DNA of 54,001 nucleotides, counting the filler, from Trypethelium eluteriae (Eukaryota), in the NCBI GenBank assembly GCA_051942245.1. It is 3 parts of 3 records of this genome, joined end to end, with 100 filler letters (N's around TTAATTAATTAA, not from the genome) between each part and the next. Parts side by side here need not be neighbours in the genome. Positions count along the whole stretch, not along the records: positions 1 to 17,958 come from JAVECL010000575.1; positions 18,059 to 35,990 come from JAVECL010000576.1; 1 more part is not named here. One strand, written 5' to 3'. Below, in pieces: positions 12,931 to 22,782 of the stretch. The notes under the pieces are model-generated. The model was not told the DNA's origin. It did no database searches and saw nothing but the letters and a program-made list of their open reading frames with translations. Position numbers and translations under genes: made by a program. Position 1 is the stretch's first letter, and every line of letters begins with the position of its first letter.

Positions 12931-14027
12931 TCAGTCCAGATCGGGCACGGGAAGGCCCTTGTACAATTTCATACGCCTTCCCTGAGCTTCCATGGCCTGC
13001 ATAGCGTTCTGCTCACGAAGTTTCCTCGATTCCTCCTCTGATACCAGGACAAAGTCATATGTGATTAGCTTTGTTCCCTCTGGAACACCATATTTCTGGG
13101 CTTGTTCTGCGTTTGTCTGATATAGATCAATGAGCAATGATTCCTTGACGCCGAAGACTGCGTCAGATGTCTCATAAGGATCGTGGCGGAGATAGAGCGC
13201 ACTAGATTGACGGAATCAGCTACGAAGGCTTCTGGGGATCAAAACGGGAAATTTACGTGATCAGGTGATCGTAACCTGGTTTCTCAAACATGAAGTGCAT
13301 ATGACTTGGCCGGTAAGGATGTCTCTTGAGCAATTTCAAGAGCTTGCCGACCGGACCATCATGAGGAATTGGATATGGCACAGGCACAATGGCCTTGAAC
13401 CAGAAGATGCCTTGATCATCACTGTTCATCACCGCTCTTCCATCTGGTTCCTTTCGATCAGCGTGTTGAACATCGTAACGGCCGCTACTGTCGGTCTCCC
13501 AGATGTCAATTTTCACCCCGGAAATTGGCCTGCCATTAGTATCCTTGACCGTGCAGAGGACGAGGCAAGGCTCGCCTTGCGGATCGTGAGATATCAGTGT
13601 CCCATTTGCCTCCGTATGCGCATCATGTGTGTGGAAGGGTCCTAAAACAGTACCCTCTGTACTTGCAGGGGGCTTGGGATGATCGATACTATCAACGAGA
13701 AGCGAGAGACCGGTAATGTCCGAGAGAAGAATGAATTCCTCCAACCTTTTCAGCTTGCATTGACTGTGCATTCAATGTGAGAGTACCAACCTGTCTGACA
13801 TCACTACAAATTTGTCCTACCGACGTCAAAAATAGAATTGCAGACATCCATTCATCATGGCTGAGGCGCGTCTCGCGAGCGAAGTCATGGACGTGTGAGA
13901 CAAGCCGTTCCATGAGGTATTTTAATCTTGGATCAGGACATTGTGAATTGATTTTCTGTACATTTTCTGTGATATTGTCGATCGTCAAATCCTTCATAGG
14001 AGGAACATCAACTTGAGACGGGTCCAT
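12931..14027 (-). CDS. Intradiol ring-cleavage dioxygenase (catechol/hydroxyquinol 1,2-dioxygenase), 3 exons
   Basis: Motifs HDFARETRL, RQEFILLSD, TEGTVLGPF, GRYDVQ, PVPYPIPHDGP, RPSHMHF and SDAVFGVKESL, including the Tyr/His iron ligands. Exons 14027-13791, 13738-13257, 13201-12931. Confidence 0.92.
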
Positions 14028-14657
14028 GATAGAGCTCTACTCGTGGGATCAATCCTTGCAAAAAGCACCAAAAGAATTCAGCCAAGTCCACAGGCGCTCG
14101 TAATGAAGGAGATTGAGGTCTACATTCTGAAATCTGCTTAGCATCCTTTGACAAACAATTGATCACCACCCTGGAACAGCTAGTGAACTCCCGGTCTCTT
14201 TTGTCGTGGGACCTCCCCACTACCCCACAACTAACGTCGCCCCGGCCCGCCAATACGGCAAAAGCAACTGGGCTGCCACAAACAAGCGTAGTGAAAGTAA
14301 ATGTCTAGACGGACATCTTTCACATCGGAAGGGTGGCGGTTCTGTTATTAGATCAACAATTCCTTGTTCTTTCGTTGATCTTCATCGAGAATTGTTAGTA
14401 GAGGCAGAGAATGTGCTCCAACATAGTCTAACCTTAACCGCCAAGAATTGAGGGGTCCAGATTCATGTTCGCGGCCACGAGCATCCCAAGCGGAGTTTGC
14501 AAAATTGATGGCCGAAATGTATTCAATGAAGGTTCTTTCTCTGAGAGTATCGCTCCATGTCGATGTCCACAAACGCTCTTGTCTGTGAAGATCTTGGTCG
14601 GACCTGGACTTGGGCATTATTGTGATTTCGAATTGACTCGACTAATTTTTCGGCATT

Positions 14658-15905
14658 TCATCCACTGGCTGCTTTCTTCGGAGCCGCTTTACTGAAGAAG
14701 CTGCTCAACTTCTTCATTCCGCTTATGTCCACTTTCTTAAGCTGCTTAATCCCGTGACTTTCCGTTTTCTTCAGACGATCCTTTTCTTCTTGTTTTCGCT
14801 TCTTCTCGGCCCTAGCATCTGCGGCTTCGTCATCATCGTCATCGTTCATAAGGCGTTTGCGGTTTATGTTGTCCGATATAGACCGAAGTGCCAAAGCTTC
14901 CGATCGAACCGATGCCAGATGATTCAGATGTTCCTCCAATTTAGTGAGGTTTAGTTGCTCATTCGAAGCCAGTAGAAGTTCCACATCGTCTCGTAGTGCA
15001 GCGGGGAAATAGCTTTTCAGCATGAAACTCAAGGCGACACGAAGACGAAGAACGCGCGTCAGCTCATCATTCGTCATGACAGCTTTTGGAAGCTTGTTGT
15101 TGTGTTCCTCTGTCGTCTGGGGTACTTCAATTTGATCGTTGCTCAGGGAAGTCTCAGCTTTGCTGTCATGCCTGTTCTGATTCATGATTGGGCTTTCCAA
15201 AGCTTCTGTGACAAATCGATTCTCCATTGATCTTGGTAGACCATCTTTGGACATATTTTCGGCTCTCTTGATCAAGTCTTGAGCCAGTTTCTTCGGGGAT
15301 AATCGAAACATTCGCTCTTCTCCAGCATCTACTACATCGCAAACAGCACACAAACGTTCTTCAAGCGAGTTCCTGATCACTGTACTCTGTAACGATGTCC
15401 TCAAGAGTTTTGAGTTGCTCCCAGTTTCGTCTACCAAATCATCCAGTGCGAGATAGAGTTTGTGTTCAGGCGACTTTGATTTCTCATGCAAAGCAGGAAG
15501 GAGGAAAAGGAGCGCATCGTAGGGTGTAGCAACAAGCATATCATCAGCAGCAGCAATATAATCATTGGCATCGGAGCTCCGTCCGCCTGACTGTGTGGGA
15601 GTGCAAGGTAAGGCATCCTTTGTGCTTTCTGCCTCAACTTGATCATGGACTATCAACCAGCTTCTCGGACAATTGGAAGTCGCGGAGATTTTCGTGAATT
15701 CGTAAATGCCATTTTCTGGACAAAGGATGTATCTCGCGGGCTTCTTGTTCGCCGGGTCATGTAGTGTCACCAAGCGGGCTTCTTGGGATAGTCCTTTTGG
15801 CAGAATAACCAATTTCCCCGGATTCTGGTCGCTAGGATTAAGGACCGGGCCTGAGATGGGTGCTTCTTGAGCTTCTTTGCTTGGAAGTTTTGATCTTGTC
15901 TTCAT
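14658..15905 (-). CDS. RNH202: Ribonuclease H2 subunit B (Ydr279/Rnh202)
   Basis: Single 415-aa ORF with YEFTKI..PRSWL, ATPYDALLFLLP and a C-terminal PIP box (GMKKLSSFF). Confidence 0.85.
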   Translation of the reverse strand: MKTRSKLPSKEAQEAPISGPVLNPSDQNPGKLVILPKGLSQEARLVTLHDPANKKPARYILCPENGIYEFTKISATSNCPRSWLIVHDQVEAESTKDALPCTPTQSGGRSSDANDYIAAADDMLVATPYDALLFLLPALHEKSKSPEHKLYLALDDLVDETGSNSKLLRTSLQSTVIRNSLEERLCAVCDVVDAGEERMFRLSPKKLAQDLIKRAENMSKDGLPRSMENRFVTEALESPIMNQNRHDSKAETSLSNDQIEVPQTTEEHNNKLPKAVMTNDELTRVLRLRVALSFMLKSYFPAALRDDVELLLASNEQLNLTKLEEHLNHLASVRSEALALRSISDNINRKRLMNDDDDDEAADARAEKKRKQEEKDRLKKTESHGIKQLKKVDISGMKKLSSFFSKAAPKKAASG

Positions 15906-16010
15906 CGTGACTGTCTGGTGGTTATGTTGGTAGATTCAGATTGCTCGTTGCACAGTTGACTATAGTCGGAATGGAGATAGGTAGGTCGTAAAGTTTAATG
16001 CCGCGCAAGA

Positions 16011-16027
16011 ACGCGTTCGCGACGCGT
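16011..16027. promoter_or_regulatory. Tandem MCB (MluI cell-cycle box) elements in a divergent promoter
   Basis: ACGCGT at 16011-16016 and 16022-16027, with further CGCG cores nearby, lying between two DNA-replication genes. Confidence 0.65.
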
Positions 16028-16216
16028 CGGGGAGCTCTTCGCTTAATCCTGCCCTTTTTCACAGGGCTGAAACCAGGCATACTATAATAACAATTCTGCT
16101 TCGCATATCGCAGCTGATCGTTTTCCATTGGCGTGTGAGTCCTAGTCTTTGAGGCATGCTAGCCATCAATAGACTTGATCGCACGTCTAACGTTGCGTCG
16201 GGGCATTCCCATAATC

Positions 16217-17958
16217 ATGATAGTGAGAGAATCCCCAAAGGCCAAAGGTACGTGACAAAGTAAGCCAGAGTACACAACTCTCATATACTGACCCTTCCAG
16301 CGTCGCCCTCAAAAAATGACGCCGCGTGGCCTCCACGATCTCCGTACCAAGCACTTCTTAGCTCTCCAAGCGGAAAACGAAAATTAGAAAGACGACGAGA
16401 GTGTCTGTCACCGTCCCCTTCTCCTTCGAAACACTCATCGCTCAGAACGAATCCGAACCGAGGCCCGTCGCGTGCGCTCAAGCTCGGGGAGGAGGACGAG
16501 GTGGAAGAGGAGGTGGAAGAAGAAGATGAGGAGACTCTACAACTGGAACTCCAAGCGATTGAAGCCCGTCTGAAGCTGAAGAGGCTACAGCAAGCAAAAG
16601 CCCGCCAACAAGAGACCAGCAGTGAACAGAGAGAAGAACTAAATCGCCATTCTCCTGTACGACAACGAGAGCGAACTCCTCCTGCTCGGCCTCGAGATGG
16701 AGATAACGCTATCCAGGTTCCCGTATCTCCCAGCCAAGACAGGAGCCAGCAGATCCAAAGATCACCTGCCCGGGTTATGCTCGGCATTGACAAAGGGCTT
16801 AGAGCTGAAAGTGTATCCCTTAAGAGAGCTACTAGTGGAAATAGTCTGCTGTCAAGATTCAACGCTGCCAATTCTCATCAACAGCGCCCACCGGGACCGC
16901 CAAAGAAGTCTTTCAGCGAGAGGATTGCCGAGAGCCGCTTAAGCGATAGAGAACGCCAAGATAAACAAGACAGACTGAGAAAGAGTCGAAGTCAGGGATT
17001 CAACGTTCAAGCTGCTCGGCACGAGACTCTTGGCTCGGCGACAAATTCCTCTGGTTCAATACAAAATGGCCAGCGTTCAAGACATGATCGCCCAATCCCA
17101 GCAGCAAGGACAGAATCTGATTCACTTCAAGACGGGGTTCCAAGCACAGCCTCTAGTAGCTTGCGACGCCCGAAATCTGTTGCGAACAGCACGGATACGG
17201 TGAAGCAACAGCGGAGTAATCGTGAACTGCAAGACACTGGTTCAGATAATAGACAGACTCCTGAAGATCTAGCTAGCGAGACAACTACAGACGAGGCTAG
17301 CGTTTTCGAATCGTACTCTAGTTTCCACCTCTCTAAACGACTCATCACCCACAACGTCTTAACCCGAGCGCTCGAAGGCAAAGAAACCTTCACCATCCCC
17401 CGCCTATTCAAGACCGTCCGCTCCCCCCACTATGACCCTCCCGATACAGAAGCCGACTATGTAGTCTTCGCCATCATCGCCTCTAAATCCTCTCCCTACA
17501 ACCATCGCTCCACCCGTAAGGTTGCCTCCACCGGGGATCCAGATGACTCTTCCGCCGCCCGAGCTAAATTCATGGTGCTGTGTCTCACGGACCTCAAATG
17601 GGAGATCGATCTCTACCTCTTCGACTCTGGCTTCGATACCTTTTGGAAGCTGACGGTCGGCACCGTGGTCGCGATCCTAAACCCGGGCATCATGCCGCCG
17701 AAGAACCGCGATACGGGTGCCTTCTCGCTCAAGGTGTCAAGTAGTGAGGATACAGTGCTCGAGGTGGGGAAAGCGCGGGACCTGGGGTTCTGCAAGAGCG
17801 TGCGGAAGGATGGGAAGAAGTGTGAGTCGTGGGTGGATCGGCGGAGTACGGAGTATTGCGAGTTTCATGTGTCCATGTTGTTGGAGAAGACGAAGGCCGG
17901 GCGGATGGAGGTGAATGGAATGAGTGGGTTCGGGAAGGGTAAGGGCAGAGGAGGCAAG
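16217..17958 (+). CDS. MCM10: Replication factor Mcm10/Cdc23 (3' end lost in the gap)
   Basis: Exon 16217-16247, intron 16248-16300, then WPPRSPYQALLSSPSG, a coiled coil (LQLELQAIEARLKLKRL), the OB fold (KFMVLCLTDL, GTVVAILNP) and the zinc finger DLGFCKSVRKDGKKC..WVD...EYCEFH. Confidence 0.9.
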
Positions 17959-18058
17959 NNNNNNNNNNNNNNNNNNNNNNNNNNNNNNNNNNNNNNNNNN
18001 NNTTAATTAATTAANNNNNNNNNNNNNNNNNNNNNNNNNNNNNNNNNNNNNNNNNNNN
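17959..18058. other. Assembly gap with artificial spacer
   Basis: 44 N + TTAATTAATTAA (stops in all frames) + 44 N = 100 nt; an identical construct occurs at 35991-36090. Confidence 0.95.
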
Positions 18059-18386
18059 GAAGAGGAGGAAGAGGATGAAGAGGATGGAGAGGAGGAAGAG
18101 GAGGTATGAGGAGCATTATGCGGGGTTGGAGCGGGTGTTGAAGGAGCAGGAGCGGCCGTATTCGGATTGGACGGTGGAGGAGGGGTGGGGGCCGCTGTGT
18201 GCGTTTTTGGGGGATGAGGTGCCGGAAGGGCCATTTCCGAGTGGGAATGATGGGGAGGCGTTGCAGGCGATGAGGAAGAGGTTGCAGAGGGCGACGAATG
18301 AGAAAATCATCCGGAATTTGATGATTTTCGGGGGAGTCATGGTGGCTAGTATTGCAGTGCTAGCAAGATATTATTTCGGTGGTTAG
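18059..18386 (+). CDS. 3' end of a fungal sulfotransferase-like P-loop protein with a C-terminal TM helix
   Basis: VEEGWGPLCAFLGDEVPEGPFPSGND matches the V.EGW.PLC.FLG..VP..PFP..N signature; hydrophobic C-terminus. The 5' part is in the gap. Confidence 0.7.
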
Positions 18387-18795
18387 GGTTACGGTAGCCG
18401 GGAGCATTTGATGTAATACCTGGCGATCGAATAGGAACTATAAGCTTATCAACGAGAGTGTATCTTGGTCAATCGTTACCGAATGGTTGGAATTAAGTAT
18501 TAGATGACAATAGCGAGACTTAATTTAGCCAGCCACTCGGTAAGCTAGGACCCAAATCGGTCCTTCATCGCGAAAATGGTATCGTGCAATGAGACTGGGT
18601 AACGTAGGAAGCATCAACAGCAAATCGAAACCTACGATATGACCACAAAGGGGGCCCAGCAGCAGGACTTCATAGAAATATATGTCAAAGCATATCCCCA
18701 ACTTGTACAACGGATCACCTCTAACGGTGGATCAATTCGAACCAGCCAATGATCGTTAGCCGGCTATCCAAATGTAGATGACCGTTAATCAGCAT

Positions 18796-19377
18796 TTATG
18801 CAATCAATTCCTTCTTGGAAATCATGTCGTAAACTGGCGCGGGTTGTACAGCACGTTTCTGCGTACTCAATCGCTCCGCCTTCGTCTTTTCTTGCAGATA
18901 ACGAGAAGTCGTCGTCTGGATTGTCGCCCAGGTCCACTTGCTTTCTTTCGACAAAATTTGCTCATGTTGGATCTGTGACCACGCCATCTGCATCCACCAT
19001 TCGGGTGTGAAGTCGGGGTCATTCTGGGACACCGGCACTTTTGAGAGCGCATGCTCTAAGGCACGCTGGTTGTCGAGTTTGCCGAGGCAGACCCGGACGA
19101 GGAGTTCGGGGTCAGTCGCCACATTCACGGCAAGCTTTTCGACAAGCCATTTCAGTGGCTGGGAGCCATTGGTCAAAGAAATGGTTTGTGTCATCGACGA
19201 GGCGGGGGAAGTATTCGTGATGTTTCGGCGGCAACGATATTTGGTAGCGTCGAGGACTCGTGGGTCGTTACTCTCCGTCTTTGGAGCAACGATAAAGGTA
19301 AAGGCAAGATGGTTCGGATCTGGGGTGCTGTAAATGGCAAGATATAGCCTAGGCTTATTCGACTTCAAGCCAGGCAT
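18796..19377 (-). CDS. Conserved fungal hypothetical protein (SNKPRLY..LY-type N-terminus)
   Basis: ATG at 19377; MPGLKSNKPRLYLAIY...LLVRVCLGKL...VPV.QND..F...WW. Resembles an ascomycete family of unknown function. Confidence 0.65.
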   Translation of the reverse strand: MPGLKSNKPRLYLAIYSTPDPNHLAFTFIVAPKTESNDPRVLDATKYRCRRNITNTSPASSMTQTISLTNGSQPLKWLVEKLAVNVATDPELLVRVCLGKLDNQRALEHALSKVPVSQNDPDFTPEWWMQMAWSQIQHEQILSKESKWTWATIQTTTSRYLQEKTKAERLSTQKRAVQPAPVYDMISKKELIA

Positions 19378-20338
19378 GTTGAGAGACGAGGTGAAAGGCG
19401 CAGAGTATAGGAAATTCAAGAGAGAGATTGATAGGAGGGATGGATGAGATCACCCAGGTAGCCCACCAAAGACGTCTGTAGGGACCCATCTGGACCTGTG
19501 TAAAGCCTGGAGAGCAGAGTCTGCTCTGGGGTGAAACGGGCGCAATGCCCTGTCCCGGACATGGAGGCTGCATTGCAAGTCGCGAAAGGCTCTGGGGGTG
19601 CATGCGAAGCTTGTCCATCCCCTGTTTGGTGACGAAACAGGCTTGGTGCCCTCGTGTGCACTTCGCACCGTCCTCGAATGCGTTGTACATTCTGTCAGAA
19701 TCCACGACAGGTCCCAGGCTGCCCTCTGCTCGAGCTGTTTTGCGGACATTGAGAACAGAAAGGCAGACTTACTGAACCAGGCGACTCGTACCACACCCGC
19801 TTATCGCCAGGAGCCGTGCCTGGCGCCATTCCCTCGGTCGTCGGCCCGCCGAGCTGATCAATTAGTGACTCCAGTGCCTCCGCAGGCCCATGACATTTCG
19901 ATTCCTCAACACTCTCCCTGTCTCGATATCACCAATTTGCCCCTTCACCAGCTCAGTACTGCTCCGCTTCACTTTAGTCGGTTGCCCAGCTGCCCGTACC
20001 CGAGCTCTGTGTTGTTGCTGACCATACGTCACAGGGACGAGTCTAATCACCGCTCCCTAAATACCTGATCTAAAATCTTGACCAATTCATCGATCACGCA
20101 TCGGCACTCTGCAGAGTTTAGATTGTGAGGATCGGGGGGGTTCTGGGTAGTGGTGGTGTTTCTCGTGCTCGCCACTGTCGTTGATCTGGACTTGGGATCC
20201 TCTAGGAACGAGTATGGCAGCAGCAGCTGGTGCGTTCATCGTATCTCACGCTTAGCGATACCCCCTGCTCTTCCCTTTTACACATACAATATACCTTCCC
20301 TCGACTTTTTTTTGTACCTTCACTATCCTCGATCTAGC

Positions 20339-22112
20339 ATGCTGAATCGAATATTTGGCTGGGCAGGATACGAGTGGGCCCGTTCCCCATCCACTGGTAA
20401 TATGAGCGACACTACGTCACCAGTCTATCCCAATCGCCCTATCCGACCTTTGCCAAAACGGCGCATTCGCTCGAAGCTCTCGGATGATCAAGCGAATTCC
20501 ATTGTTTATCCCTCTCCACCGACAGCTTCGGCTCCCCTGTTCGGATTCCCGCAGTCGGAATCATCGCCCCGTTTGGATCAGCAGCCACTGACAACACCTC
20601 CTCAAGGCGCTGCTCGGGTCCGTCTTAGCTACAATTGGCAGAACGAAGCTGCAAGTGACGATGAGCCTGAGCGTGACCGGCATTGGTCGAGGGAATACTC
20701 GTCCGATGCTGCTGCTGGTGAGTTTTTGAACGATTGTGCGTTTTAGCTAGGCCGTCTTTAGTGACCTCGTTCACCTTAGCTACTCGGCCTCCTGCTCCGA
20801 ACTCCACCTCCTCTTCCATTGACGGTTACGAGTCCTTCGAAAATACGAACAACAAGAAGAAGCGAAAGATTCCCGGTCCAGGAAGCTCCGGTGGTCATTC
20901 TGCTAACCTTTCCACAGACCTAGCCAATATGGGTATCACAGGTGGTACAGAAGCCGATGGAACTGGGGGCGGGGCAGAACAATATTATGGCAGCGGCTCA
21001 TCAGCCATACCAGTGGCAGGATCTGGGACCGGCATTTCTGGGGCTGGACGAGGGCGGTATGGCAGGACAGGAAAGGCTATCAATCAGCTGCGACCTTTGG
21101 GTGCATCAACGAACGGACTGAATGCTTTTGCCAGTAAAGGTGGGAGCAGAACAAAGACAGACGCAAGCGCTGGTGAAGGTAGAGGTAAGGAATTAGAGAT
21201 CAGTTTGTGAACATGATTGCTCACTTATGCTCAGTCCCACAATCCGAACCCGGAATTATCTCCGCAGCAATCGCCAACGCTGCTGGCCAAGGACCCTTGA
21301 CGCCGGCCAAAGGGAAGGAGAACGTCAGCTTGCTCTCCCAGCAAAACACCCAAACTTCCACGCCTCAGAAGAAGGAATTTACATTCACTTGTGAGTCTGA
21401 CTCATCAAACAAAATCGTTTGGCCTGGCCAAAACGGAGCATTCGCTACTCAGTCATCTCCCTCTGGTTCCTATGTTCCTAATTCAATGCCTAAAGTTCAA
21501 CACCGCGGTGGTGGAGTCCCTCAGTCAACCCAGAGCCAGTCTAGCCACCAAGCCAATCCTCAACAGGCGTCTGCGCCAAACGGTCAACAGGTGCCACCTC
21601 AGGAAACCGCAAGGCCCCGGCGCTCTGCGAGCAAGGAGTACGCCCTTCAGGCACGGCAGCGTATGAAGCAACAGCGATACAACAATTTCGTCAACCCCAT
21701 GAAACGGGAGGATATTTGGGTGTGCGAATTTTGCGAGTACGAAAGCATTTTCGGGGAACCTCCCAAAGCATTGATACGTCAATATGAAGCTAGAGACCGA
21801 GCCGCGCGTAAACAAGAAGAAGAAAGAAGGAGACTTCTGGAAAAGGCCAAGATGAAGGGACGGAAGGGAAAGAAGAGTGCTAAGAACACGAAGAATTCGG
21901 CGGCGAACCAACAGGCCCCATCAAACTCTCAGCGGTATGAGGAGCATCCAGACGATATCCCTCTCCCTGAAGGTCAACAGGGCGAGGAATATTACGAGGA
22001 TGAGTTTGATGATGAGCCATTGGCGCCTGCCCCACCACTGAATTCTCGCACTGGCACTGCTAATAATGGTGATCTTGCAGTTCCACATCCGGGTCACCCG
22101 CCAGGGACATGA
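20339..22112 (+). CDS. Pezizomycotina-type hypothetical protein, probably nuclear, 3 exons
   Basis: Exons 20339-20717, 20780-21184, 21235-22112 splice in frame. Motifs PIRPLPKRR, DGYESFENTNNKKKRKIP and WVCEFCEYESIFG.PP.ALIRQYE. Confidence 0.75.
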
Positions 22113-22782
22113 ACACGGAGAGTTCAGAGCCACCTCCAATAGTGCTGAAAGTCATCGAAAAGCTCTTGCAAATGGAAAAGGTGGATGAATAGATTCGACG
22201 GTCTGGTCGTTGTGGTTCCAAGCCTACGACAACGGTCTTGCCCAGTACAGACTTTACCAAAGAGCTTTGTACATATCTCCTCATCTGAGCTCCATCGTCT
22301 GCCCAAGGACAAGGCGCGAGCACACCACTCGATCTCTACTCTTGCATTCTTTAGGTAATCGCAGCTTAGCTGCCCAATGTCAAACTCCCTAGCATTATAG
22401 CTTCTCAAAGTCTGTTGTGTCGAAGTTGATATCCTCATTCGTCTGGCCTCCTTAGTTCTTTGTGTTGCCATGCTTCTGAACAGCTGACTACAAAGAAACG
22501 TTACAAAGCTGTGACAACTCAATTGTAAGCAATAGCCTAGTTGTTAGAGCAATGCGTTGCCATTTCTTTGTCCTTAGTGCTTTGTTCAAGTGTGGCTAGT
22601 GGGTTAGAAAAGCGTTCGTCGCTCGCATACCTGATGTTTTTGCCTCATCCGCCGCCATTTTGAGCGAACTCCTCTCGTTCTAGAACTGGTTTTCAAAGAC
22701 GTCTGGAAGTTCTTGCCCAAAGCTTTCGTCCAACGGACGTTTGTCACCAATCGTTCGTAGCGGCGGGTCAAATATTTTCAAC

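Noticed and set aside
18003..18014. TTAATTAATTAA palindrome within Ns (also 36035-36046)
   Set aside because: Identical construct in both gaps; an artificial scaffolding spacer with stops in all frames, not biological.
18705..18790. AACGGATC / AACGGTGGATCA / TTCGAACC resembling 5.8S rRNA or tRNA fragments
   Set aside because: Matches are under 13 nt with no continuing similarity or cloverleaf; the site lies in a 3' UTR region.
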